Assembly: GCF_963921235.1 (NCBI RefSeq)
Contig: NC_086104.1
Location: 20,832,001 to 20,896,000 of the forward strand
DNA: 64,000 nucleotides
From: Mobula hypostoma
Lineage: Eukaryota
Direction of reading: 5' to 3'
The notes beneath the pieces are model-generated. The model saw only the letters and a list, made by a program, of their open reading frames with translations. It was not told where the DNA came from and did not search any database. Positions 10,073 to 21,824 of the stretch are shown here, in pieces. The position numbers and the translations under genes are program-made. Each line of letters opens with the position of its first letter. The stretch's first letter is position 1.

Positions 10073-13000
10073 TGTTGTGCGCATGCGCCGGTCGTGCATG
10101 CAGCCGGTTACAGTTACTCTGTAGTTTTTTACTTTTAAACTTTTTAACTTAGTAACTTGTTGTATTTTTTTTCCTCACGGTAACACGTTGAAGCTGCACC
10201 CTCTCTAACATGCTGGTGGAGAGAGTTTTACTTGTTTTTTTAGCGCTGGAATTAGTTACATTCAGACACGTCTCGTCAGTGTGGCAGCAGGATGGCCGCA
10301 TTGTGTATTCCGGGGACCAATTGATTACGCTCATGCCCGCCGGTTTAGCGAACAGAGCAGTGGATATACCGGCTGAAATCTGGAGGAAAACACACAGAGG
10401 ATGCAGACGGGGATCAGAAAGGCGAGGGAAGAGGACCAGGTCGAGACAGCAGAGGCTTTTGGAGAAGAGAAGTTATAAGCTGTGTCTCCCCTCTCTTATC
10501 ATGGGAAATGTGAGATCGCTGGGGAATAAAATGGATGAACTAACTGCACTTGTCAGGAGTCAGAGAACATTTTCGGAGAGCAGTGTCATGTGCTTCGCTG
10601 AGACGTGGCTGCACGAGGACATACCCGATCAAAGCGTTTCCATAGAGGGCTTCCAGACCGTTCAAGATGACCGGAATTGCACTGAGAGCGGTAAGTGTAA
10701 AGTGGGGGGGGGGGGGTCTCTGGTAAATAACAGATGGTACAATCCTGGGCATATTACGATCAAGGAACGGGTCTGTAGCCCGGATATTGAACTTTTTGCT
10801 GTTGGACTCCGGCCATATTATTTGCCAAGGGAAATCTTGCACGCAATTGCGGTTGTTGTGTATATCCCTCCCTCTGCCAACCCGACGTCGGCGTGTAACA
10901 GCATTTACACCGTCATAGCCAGACTACAAACCCAGCACCCGAGTGCCTTCATTACCATCTCGGGTGACTTCAACCAGGTTACCATGGCTAGAACACTGCC
11001 CAACGTCACGCAGTATGTGAGCTGTACAACCAGAGGGGAGGGGACTCTGGATTTGATGTACGCTAACGTTAAGGATGCATACAGCTCCTCTCCTCTCACC
11101 CCATTGGGAAGGTCAGATCACAACCTGGTGCATCTAAAACCCAGCTACATGCCTCTGATGAAGAGTAAACCTGCAACCTCGAGGACAGTGAGAAAATGGT
11201 CGGAGGAGGCTTATGAGGCGCTCCAGGGTTGTTTTGAGGTGACAGGCTGGCAGGCACTCTGTGAGCCACATGGAGAGGATATTGATGGGCTCACAGAGTG
11301 CATCACTGATTACATCAACTTCTGTGTGGACTGCAATGTTCCAACAAGAACTGCCCTTTGTTATTCAAATAACAAGCCATGGGTGACAAAGGACATTAAG
11401 GACATCCTGAACGCTAAAAAGAGGGCGTTTAGAGATGGAATTAGGGAGGAGCTGAGGGCAATACAGAGGGACCTGAAAGCCAGGATCAGGGAGGCTAAAG
11501 ACAGGTACAGGAGGAAGCTTGAGTGGAAACTCCAGCAGAACAACATGAGAGAGGTCTGGAGGGGGATGAGGACCATCACTGGGTTCCGGCAAACTAGCAA
11601 CAGAGGAGCGGAAGGCAGTGTGGACAGGGCCAATGAACTTAACCTGTTCTTTAACAGATCTGACAGTGTGGCCCCTGCCCATCTCACACATGAGCCATCT
11701 TTTGTCGGCCCCCAACCAACACATATTCCATTCTCCTCTCCTACGCCTCCTCACAGTCCCCCACCCTGCTCTCGTGACTATATCCCTTCCCCACACGAAA
11801 CCACCACGGTGGGCTTCACAGCTCTACAGGTGAGAAGACAGCTGAAACGTCTCAACCCAAGCAAGGCTGCAGGACCAGATGGTGTCAGAACCAGGGTGCT
11901 CAAAACCTGTGCCCCTCAGTTATGTGGAGTACTTCGCCATGTATTCAACCTGAGCCTGAGGCTCCGGAGGGTTCCTGTATTGTGGAAGACGTCCTGCCTC
12001 ATCCCTGTGGCAAAGACGCCGCGCCCCAGCGGCCTCAATGACTACAGACCGGTGGCATTGACCTCCCACATCATGAAGACCCTGGAGAGACTTGTTCTGG
12101 AGCTGCTCTGGCCTATGGTCAGGCCACACTTAGATCCCCTCCAGTTCGCCTACCAGCCCCAACTAGGAGTTGAGGATGCCATCATCTTCCTGCTGAACCG
12201 TGTCTACGCCCACCTGGACAAGCCAGTGAGTACTGTGAGGGTCACGTTTTTTGACTTCTCCAGTGCGTTCAACACCGTCCGCCCTGCTCTGCTGGGGGAG
12301 AAGCTGACAGCGATGCAGGTGGATGCTTCTCTGGTATCATGGATTCTTGATTACCTGACTGGCAGACCATAGTATGTGTGCTTGCGACACTGTGTGTCCG
12401 ACAGAGTGATCAGCAGCACTGGGGCTCCACAGGGGACTGTCCTGTCTCCCTTTCTCTGCACCATTTACACCTCGGACTTCAACTACCGCACAGAGTCTTG
12501 TCATCTTCAGAAGTTTTCTGATGACTCTGCCATAGTTGGATGCATCAGCAAGGGAGATGAGATTGAGTACAGGGCTACGGTAGGAAACTTTGTCACATGG
12601 TGTGAGAAGAATTATATGCAGCTTAATGTGAAAAAGACTAAGGAGCTGGTGGCAGACCTGAGGAGAGCTAAGGTACCGGTGACCCCTGTTTCCATCCAGG
12701 GGGTCAGTGTGGACATGGTGGAGGATTACAAGTACCTGGAGATACGAAGTGACAATAAACTGGACTGGTCTAAGAACACTGAGGCTGTCTACAAGAAGGG
12801 TCAGAGCCATCTCTATTTCCTGAGGAGACTGAGGTCCTTTAACATCTACCAGACGATGCTGAGGATGTTCTACGAGTCTGTGGTGGCCAGTGCATTCATG
12901 TTTGCTGTTGTGTGCTGGGGCAGCAGGCTGAGGGTGGCAGACACCAACAGAATCAACAAACTCATTCGTAAGGCCAGTGATGTTGTGGGGATGGAACTGG

Positions 13001-13378
13001 ACTCTCTTATGGTGGTGTCTGAAAAGAGGATGCTGTCTAAGTTGCATGCCATCTTGGTCAATGTCTCCCATCCACTACATAATGTACTGGGTGGGCACAG
13101 GAGTACATTCAGCCAGAGACTCATTCCACCGAGATGCAGCACTAAGTGACACAGGAAGTCATTCCTGCCTGTGGCCATCTAACTTTACAACTCCTCCCTT
13201 GGAGGGTCAGACATCCTGAGCCAATAGGCTGGTCCTGGACTTATTTCATAATTTACTGCCATAAGTTACATATTACTATTTAACTATTTATGGTTCTATT
13301 ACTATTTATTACTTATGGAGCAACTGTAACGAAAACCAATTTCCCCCGGGATTAATAAAGTATGACTATGACCATGAC
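10073..13378 (+). mobile_element. Near full-length Rex1/Babar non-LTR retrotransposon
   Basis: Single frame 10210-13219 with APE (GNVRSL, SGDFN, SDH) and RT (LNDYRPVALT, PQGTVLSP, FSDD); 3 in-frame stops; aataaag(TATGAC)n tail. Confidence 0.92.
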
Positions 13379-13512
13379 CTCATCAAAATGTACACAATTT
13401 CCATAGATTTGACCAGATAAGATTCAGGGGTGGCAAATCTCTTCGTCTAAGCATTTACAGCAAATTGTCGCAAAAGCATCAAGTTTACATATTGTGGCAA
13501 CTTTTTTCTTAC

Positions 13513-13674
13513 CCACTCAGTCCATTTGCATGCACTCCAGCCAACCAACAGAGAATATCCAATACCAGACTCTGAGCATGTTCACTGACAGGTCCATCAT
13601 CTGATTTCTTGCACAGTGTATTAAGCAGTTTTTCATGGAATTCTGAGAACTGCAACATGGCACACCGTTGCATC
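13513..13674 (-). CDS. BIRC6: BIRC6 coding exon (~exon 18), 162 nt
   Basis: ttaag|G...GG|gtaaga; MQRCAMLQFSEFHEKLLNTLC...QSLVLDILCWLAGVH. Confidence 0.95.
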
Positions 13675-14459
13675 CTTAAAAACAAAAGCAGTGATTACAT
13701 TATCATAATTTATCTTTAGATAGAATACTTCATTAGTTTGCCAATTTTACATTTTCATTATACAATATCTACGATCCAAACTCATTCATGTGTGATGTAT
13801 TTTGTACAGAAGAACAGTATATATTGGAACTAAAAAAAAAGTTGAATCTTTTCCTCCCTGCCCATTCCAAGGGAAGTTCTTGGATTATGTTAGCAACCAA
13901 GTCCAAAATTTTCAATGTACACAAACTTCTAAAAACAAAGCTATCACCCACTTATGGTTAGGCTAGGCATATTACACTTCCTTAAATTCATGTTAGTAGA
14001 GAAAAATAGCCCCTTACCAATTCCCAGACTTTGTAACATGGAGCTCAAGACTGGTTATATTACAATAGTATTTCAAAGGGGACATTAAAAATTTTGTACA
14101 TACATGTATTAATTCAACATTATTAAAATCACCAAAGTTTCAGTCGGTAATCCAAACAATGATTTTCAAAACTTTTATCTTGTAACTTGATCTGCCAACT
14201 CCTGCATTATTTTGACACCACTATTTCTATTCCAAGCTGATGCTTAATGGTCATTAAATACTTTAGCTGTGACCTCTGCTCTCCTCCAATACACCAAGTC
14301 AAGCAATTTGCTATTAGTAATCTCAACTTTTGGGAGAAGAGTCTGCAGTACTAACCCCAACACAATTCCCTTAGAATCGACTAGGAACAAATTAAGCAGG
14401 AGCAAAAAAGATGAGATATGCAAATACCTTTGAAAATGTTAAAAACAAAGTTAACTCAC

Positions 14460-14596
14460 CTTTCTTTTGGGATGCAAGTTTTCTTAAATCTTCGGATGGT
14501 GACAGAAACTTCCTGTAGCAGGTCACAACCTTTAAGACTGTCAGGCTTCTTAGAAGAATTGGCAGGCTCAGTTGCTTTTGATGTGGATGTTTTCTC
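14460..14596 (-). CDS. BIRC6: BIRC6 coding exon (~exon 17), 137 nt
   Basis: tacag|GAG...AG|gtgagt; EKTSTSK...LKGCDLLQEVSVTIRRFKKTCIPKE; preceded by an 83-nt intron. Confidence 0.94.
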
Positions 14597-14679
14597 CTGT
14601 AAAAGGTAATACATTTACAAGTATATCAACAAAAGAACCACATGTAGGACAAATCAATTGTCAAGAGACTATATTTTAC

Positions 14680-14861
14680 CTTTCCGGCTGAAACTTTGGC
14701 AAGTAACGAAGCAAGAGTGTGACTCTTGCTGTTCTGTGGCTTTGAGGCTTGCATTCTCATAACCGGCCTGATTCCACTGCCATTTGATTTCTCTTCATTT
14801 GCCTTCTCATTGGCTGACCTGATGTGAACTAAGAATGACCGATATTTGCCACCAGCCATGC
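14680..14861 (-). CDS. BIRC6: BIRC6 coding exon (~exon 16), 182 nt
   Basis: tagcag|GC...AAG|gtaaaa; GMAGGKYRSFLVHI...LASLLAKVSAGK. Confidence 0.95.
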
Positions 14862-15269
14862 CTGCTAAGAACCAAAAGTAAGTAACACCAAGTTTAAACA
14901 GGGAAAACGTTCAATGGTCAATAGGTGTTTATTCATTTTTAGAAAACAATTTAACTGGACTGCAGTGTCTTATGTGATATTAATGTTGCAAGTGAAAATG
15001 CTATGGTCAGAATCATATAGTACAAGCAGACACTTCAGCCCATTCTGTCCGTGCCATCTTCTATATAAACCCATACTCATGCTCTTTACCAGCTACAGAG
15101 ACAGAGGCTTGGTGATTAAAGAATTTTTCAAGATGCTTCCACCAAATATCTTGAAAGTATCTTCACCACTTCCTCAGGCAATATTTTCCAAACTCCAACC
15201 ACCCTTGCCCCCAAGGTTCTCTCTAAACCATCTACCTTCCATCTTAAATCTACAATACATCCTAATACT

Positions 15270-15900
15270 ATTGATGGTGAGGACGTGGATGTGATGAGGA
15301 CCTACAAGTACCTGAGGGTGCACCTGGATGCCAGACCTGAGTGGAGCACCAATACAGAGGCTGTGTACAAGGGCCAGAGTCGCCTCTACTTCCTGAGGAG
15401 ACCGAGGTCCTTCGGAGTATGCAGGCCTCTCCTTCACATGTTCTACCAGTCTGTTATCACCAGTACAATCTTCTATGCAGTGGTGTGTTGGGCCAATGAT
15501 ATCAACAAGGGTGATGCCAACGGGCTCAATAAACTGATGAGAAGGGCAGGCTCTGTTATAGAAGTCCAACTGGACACGCTGGAGGCTGAGGTAGAACAAA
15601 GGGCCCAACGGAATATCCTGGCAATTTTGGATAATGCTTCTCGCCCTCTGTATGCCACCTTAGCTGAACAGAGGAACACTTTTAGTAATAGACTAAGGCA
15701 ACTGCACAGCTCCAAAGCAAGCTATGAGGTCATTCTTACCTCTAGCCATTAGGCTCTATAACAAGTCAACCTATAGCTAGGGATGACGCCCTCCTGTAGA
15801 CTGTTTTTATTACTTCTCTTCTAATATTTGTATATTTAAGCACTTGTAATGCTACTGTGACACTAATTTCCTTTGGGACCAATAAAGTATCTATCTATTA
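15270..15900 (+). mobile_element. Rex1/Babar 3' fragment
   Basis: YKYLRVHLD...GQSRLYFLRR; aataaagtatctatcta tail. Confidence 0.85.
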
Positions 15901-16656
15901 GATACCCCCTACCATTTTTTACTATCTACCTTATCGATCCTCCATATAATTTTAATCAGGTCATTCCTTAACTTCCTCCAGCTGCAGATAAACAAATAAA
16001 CCTATCCCCTCTCTCCTTATAGCTGTAGTCCAATCCAGATAATATCTTGGTGTATCTCCTCTGCACTTTCCCCTCGCACAAAGACAATTTTCCTATTGTG
16101 TGCATTTCTGCAAGCCACACAACACTCCAAGTATGTATAATCAATCTTCTGCTGATTCTCAGTAACAATTTTTTTTTCAGTGGTGGAACAATATTTTAAA
16201 AGAGAAAACTCTTCTAAAATATTTGTCAAAATCTATTTGTTCTATTCTGGCCACAATACAGCACATTTTACAGGGTAATGTAGTTGGAGAATGGGATTAT
16301 TTAGTGATAAACTCAATGAACCAAGAAGATTCCACTTTGACATAAGGGAATATGGAATATAAAACCAGGTCTGCATGTGAAATCAGCTGTATTCAACCAA
16401 ATGCCAGGATCAGAACTTAGAACTACTTCTTCTACGACGACACTATCAAAAAAGAGACAGAAGCCAAATTATAATATAAATGAACTAGGTCATTCAGTTG
16501 TCATATAAAATTGTTTGTTACTGACACTGTGGCTACAGAGTCACTAATAGCCCAAGAATGAATCTTATTTAATTCACATCGACACTTAGTATGCAACCAA
16601 TTAAAAAAAGAATGTGTTTCCTCAATGAAGTCATAGCTAATCCAACTTGATCTTAC

Positions 16657-16788
16657 CTTTGATAAGCTTCGGGCTAGTTAATGTTAACATTCCAGCATGT
16701 CCTGAAAGATCCAGACCACTAGCCAACCATACAGGTCCACACAATATATCTTCCTTATGTTCCTCCAGAAACTGACACAGCCTAGGAC
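16657..16788 (-). CDS. BIRC6: BIRC6 coding exon (~exon 15), 132 nt
   Basis: aaaag|GT...G|gtaaga; GPRLCQFLEEHKEDILCGPVWLASGLDLSGHAGMLTLTSPKLIK. Confidence 0.94.
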
Positions 16789-17229
16789 CTTTTTTAGGAT
16801 TAAAATGCAAAGTTCAGTTGCATATATTTGCACTCTAATACATTTAAAATAATTCTCACACAGGAAAGCTTACAAATGGCAGGCAATAAAATTCCCACCA
16901 ATTTAGGATAAAAATTTTCATTCAGTCATCATCTGAAGAATGCGCATAACTGCAGAGGAGGATCCTCTCAAAAATCACATATCCCAGTGGTGAATGATCC
17001 CAAGACTATAACGTACTACATCGAAGGAGCAACTACTTATACTAAATTCCTCATCTAGGGAACCAAAGTTTGAGATAGAAGGAACAATATTGTATGGAGA
17101 AAAGTTTGCATGATGCAATTATTTAATTTCATTATCTAGAATAATACCAAGTAAAGAACTTTTCCAATATTTGGTCAACTCACAGCACCAATTGAATTGA
17201 CTTTATTACTTACATCCTTCATATGCACG

Positions 17230-17880
17230 AGTAAAAATCTTTACGTCACGTCTCCGTCTAAATGTGCAATGTGGAACTTATAGTGATTTTTAATAAACAA
17301 TATGTACAACAGGACAGTCAATATAACATAGAAATACAATTGTGTCAGCATGAGTTAATCAGTCTGTTGGCCTGGTGGAAGAAGCTGTCCCAGAGCCTGT
17401 TGGTCCTGGCTTTTATGCTGCGGTACCATTTCCAGATGGTAGCAGCTGGAACAGTGTGTGGTTGGAGTGACTCAGATCCCCAATGATCCCTCGGGTCCTT
17501 TTTTTACACACCTGTCTTTGTAAATGTCCTGAACAGTGGGAAGTTCACATCTACAGATGCGCTGGGCTGTCTGCACTACTCTTTGCGAGTCCTGAGATTG
17601 AGAGAAGTACAGTTCCCATATCAGGCAGTGATGCAGCCAGTCAGAATGCTCTCAATTGTGCCCCTGTAAAAAAATTCTTTGGATATGAGGGGCCCACACC
17701 AAACTTCTTCAACTGTCTGAGGTGAAAGAGGTGCTGTTGTGCTTTCTTCCACCAGACAGCCGGTATGTACAGACCACGTGAGATCCTCCATGATGTTTAT
17801 GCCAAGGAACTTAAAGCTGTTCACCATCTCAACCCCAGATTCATTAATGTCAATAGGGGCTAGCCTGTCTCCTGTAGTCC
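17230..17880 (-). mobile_element. Rex1/Babar 3' fragment
   Basis: VEMVNSFKFLGINIMEDLTWS and FYRGTIESILTGCITA. Confidence 0.8.
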
Positions 17881-18833
17881 TCATATTCCTGTAATACTCA
17901 TATTCCATCTGCAATTTCCATGTGGAGTAGTGTCCTTGATTACTGTATTTTGTACGCCAGGCCTACCGACAGACTTCAGACATTATTGCAAGCAAGGAAG
18001 CATCACTAAGCTAATTAATATGGGCAACTCCTATAAGAATAAAAACCAGGTATATCATTAGTTAACTGAATTAAATATTACATAGCCTAGACACGGTGGG
18101 GGGGGGGGAGGAGAGAGAAAAAGAAATAAAGGACAGAAAATGACTGATTTATGGAGAACCACAGTTCTTTGATTCTTGTTTGAAGAACACTTAAGTCTTC
18201 TTAAATATTTCAAGACCCAATAAAAAGTCTCAGCAGCAAGATTTCTTTCTGAAAAACTATTTTCAAAATAAAAATTAAACTGAATGGAAAAAGAAACATG
18301 ACCATGCAGCTAATAAAGTCAATTCAATTCAGCGTTGATGGGTGTATTTATATAAAGTGTCAATGCATTTCATCACATTTCCCAGGTATGGTTTAAACAA
18401 AGTGTGAGCTCTCGCTACCATTTACGCATAATGATTGGTCAAACTTGAAACCAGTTTCCAGAGTAATGAGTAGCCTTGTTCCTCTAACAATTAAAAATGT
18501 CATGACCAGTAGCTCTGTAAATGGATTATCTCTACTGAGGTCAACTGCAGTAATGAAACTCATTTAGCTTACCCTTTAAAAAGATATAACATGGGCAATC
18601 GCATACCCTCCCTAAACAAATACAATGCTACACCATTCCCTTATATCTGTGAAAGGAATCCTTAGTACATAAAACTTCATATGTTAAATGCCAGTTGAAA
18701 ATCCCAGGTAATAAGTATCGCATTAGAATTTTTTTTAAGAATGTGACCATTCACAGCTACAGAGTAATTTTAAATTAAATATCACCAGGCATTGTCTTCC
18801 CCTCCCACCCCAAGAGAAACATTTCAAGTTAAC

Positions 18834-18965
18834 CTTGAGACTCATCCACATCCATGGGGTACTGCAAGTCTTCATTTAAATCAACAAAAGACCTTCCATT
18901 CCTCTCTATCTCCACATGAGAAGCTGGCGACAAAGGAAATAATATCTGCTTGTCAACTGCAGACT
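18834..18965 (-). CDS. BIRC6: BIRC6 coding exon (~exon 14), 132 nt (90 nt if the internal acceptor at 18923 is used)
   Basis: tgcag|AG...G|gttaac; ESAVDKQILFPLSPASHVEIERNGRSFVDLNEDLQYPMDVDESQ; phase 1-1. Confidence 0.88.
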
Positions 18966-19220
18966 CTGCAATAAATAAGAAATGAATGATTGACTAAAAC
19001 TGCAATGAATATACTCCATATCCTTGATCATCATCTCACCAAGAAATAATTTACCTAAATGCAGCTGATAACAGGAAGTGAAGGCTATGCAAACTACTTT
19101 CCCCTACACAGTTAATTTACTGAAAGTTCATTACTAGATTCAAGATCAACACAACTGCATTTGTAATCAAATTTAGGAAAAAATAAAGACCCCTCCCTCT
19201 CCCCAATAAAAAATACTCAC

Positions 19221-19381
19221 CAGTGACTTTACCTAATCCAGGTGCTTTGTTCTTCAATAAAGTAACTTGAATCTGTGGAATGTTTGTGATATTTGAATTC
19301 AAGACAAACTTGAAGTCCACGTGTCCAACCATGCACGCCTTGGGCAAAACCAGTTCAAAAACATGTTCCTCCCAACTGGTA
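19221..19381 (-). CDS. BIRC6: BIRC6 coding exon (~exon 13), 161 nt
   Basis: catag|T...G|gtgagt; TSWEEHVFELVLPKACMVGHVDFKF...APGLGKVT. Confidence 0.96.
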
Positions 19382-19499
19382 CTATGTATATAAAAAAAGA
19401 AATACCTCAGTAACACAAACCCACATTAACATTACAATGGACAAACACTGCTAGAAAATAATGTTCCAGAGAAAGTCTGTGAAAACATGGCCTCATAAA

Positions 19500-20238
19500 G
19501 AGTCAGAGAGCAGGGAAATAACTCCTGCAGCCCACCAAGTCCACACTGATCATCATGCACTGATTTATATTAATCCTATTTTGTTCTTCCCACATTCCTT
19601 ACAACTCCCCTCAGATTCTACAACTCAATATAGGCAATTTAGAATGGCCAGTTAGCCAAAATATCTCTGGGATATGGGAGAAAACTAAAGCACCCAGAGA
19701 AATTATAGTCACAAGAGCCCCTTTACTGTGGAGAGCCTTTTGGCTGGCTGCATCACTACCTGGGTATGGAGGCTCAAACGTGCAGGATTGAAAAAGGCTA
19801 CAGAGGAGTGCAGACTCAACTAGCTTCCATCATGGGGATGGGCCTCCCCACATCAAGGACATCTTCAAACGGCAACACCTTGAGGTGGCATCCATTGCAA
19901 AGGCCCCTCACCATCGGGGATGTGCACTCTTCCAATTACTACTGTTGGGGAGCAGGTAAAGGAGCACTCACACTCCAAGTTTAAAGAACGTTTTCTTCCC
20001 TTCCATCATTAGGTTTCTGAACTGTCTACGAGCACCTTCCTATTCCTCTTTTGCGTTATTTATTGTAACAGTAATTTTTATGTCAGTCACTGTATTGGCG
20101 CAACAAAGTAACAAATTTCACAACGCAACTGTGACAATAAACTGGCTTCTGATTCAGACAGCATCTGTGGTAGGATTAAACCTGAGTCACTGGAGCCGTG
20201 AGGCAGCAATTCTTTACCTGCATCACTGTGCATCCCTT
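19500..20238 (-). mobile_element. tRNA-derived V-SINE (HE1-like), split by a plus-strand Rex1 fragment (~19720-20155)
   Basis: tRNA-like head near 20160-20238, V-domain-like text near 19630-19715, CR1-like tail near 19500-19560. Confidence 0.5.
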
Positions 20239-21151
20239 GTTTAACTTTCAAAAATAATTCAGATATGGAAGTGAGAACATTGACTTAAGAATTGAGCAGA
20301 ATTTCCTCTGAACTTCTTCCACAGAAAAACATTCTCAAAGTAACTCCAACTGTAGTGCTGAATCACTCAAATCTTGAACTAAATTATTATATAGTATGCA
20401 AAGAACAAAAAAAATGAGAATTTCCAATTATAATCAAAATTTTGTTCAATTAAAATTCAGAATTTGCAAAAATATTACTGTAAACAGATCAACAAGTTGC
20501 ATGTAAATTAATGAAGCCCAACAGCTGCAAGCAAAGCCACCAGCAGGACAAAGCAGCAAGACATGGGAGCAAAAAAAAAGGCCAATACCTGAAACATTAG
20601 AAGTTTACAATGTTAAATTTATTGATATTTCAAAATGTCAGGATTAAATACCATAGTGAGAATTTCAAGTCCAAGATGCTGGGAAAACTAGACATCAATG
20701 TGGTTTAATGAATGGGAAGCACATGCTGCAGGCAGTATGTGAAGAATGAGAACTGCCACAACAGCACTGGAATAGTTGAAGTTGGAAATAAATGTCATTG
20801 GCTTTCAATGGCAAGTAGATTGAGATGTGTGCATTACACATTGCATTAAGTTGTCTGTATGATAGAGAACAACTTGCTATCAAAATATTTACCAAGGTAC
20901 CAATTTCTGGTTTGGCCACAGATGTGACAGGAAAGAAACCCATAACAAACAAAGATTTAAAGACAACAGTAATCATGATGTTTTCAATATTTTAATCAAA
21001 AAGGAGTGCAAGGCGGCAACAAAGCAACATACAACATTGACAATGGCACCAAAAACAAGTCATTAACAGATTTAAAGAATGCTGTAAATTCAGTAGCAGA
21101 AAACATGGTACCAAAATTCAATTTTACAGAAGATTAGACCATTTCTTTTAC

Positions 21152-21377
21152 CTATCTGACTGCAGCTTCCAGGTGCGAGTGTGCTGGGCTGCATCTCCAT
21201 GGTGTTGCTGATGCAGGTGCTGCGGATGTCGCCTCTGCTGTTGCTCCTGCTGAACTTCCACCCAACATGGAGGGACTGTAGCTGAAAATCGTGGGGTCAA
21301 TGTCTCAAATCTAGTCAGTTCCACCAGTGATGTTAATACATCTGCAGAGAAAGGACGATCCACCAACAAATCGACTC
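21152..21377 (-). CDS. BIRC6: BIRC6 coding exon (~exon 12), 226 nt
   Basis: tatag|GA...AG|gtaaaa; VDLLVDRPF...FETLTPRFSATVPPCWVEVQQEQQQRRHPQHL...WKLQSD. Confidence 0.96.
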
Positions 21378-21692
21378 CTATATAAAAACAAGTAAAATAT
21401 TATTTAGTTAGATCAAATGAATTCCTCCTAATTCTCCCATAAAACAAACATTCGGCTACTAGTTTTAATAACACCCTCAGTCTAGATAAGTTTGGGGTTC
21501 ATTTAAAGAAAATGAAAACTCCATTTCCAAACCATCAATCTGCACTTAATAAACCATGTTAACATTATTTTATTGTCTTAACTCAGTTTTAAAGCATTGA
21601 TTTATAACCCCAAAATTTATTTTGGAATTAGAATTCAATGCCAAGAGAGTCATGGCAGAAGTGAGTGTAAAACACTATGACTAAGGTGAAGG

Positions 21693-21824
21693 GTTATGAC
21701 GAAGGGTCTCGGCCTGAAACGTTGACTGCGCCTCTTCCTATAGATGCTGCTTGGCCTGCTGCATTCACCAGCAACTTTGATGTGTGTTGCTTGAATTTCC
21801 AGCATCTGCAGAATTCCTGTTGTT
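21693..21824 (+). mobile_element. Penelope-like 3' end fragment (hammerhead clipped at its 5' side)
   Basis: 17-bp TSD tatgactaaggtgaagg (21676-21692 / 21825-21841); near-identical to the reverse complement of 63555-63680. Confidence 0.8.

Noticed and set aside
12337-13071. 244-aa antisense ORF
   Set aside because: Shadow ORF on the opposite strand of the Rex1 RT region
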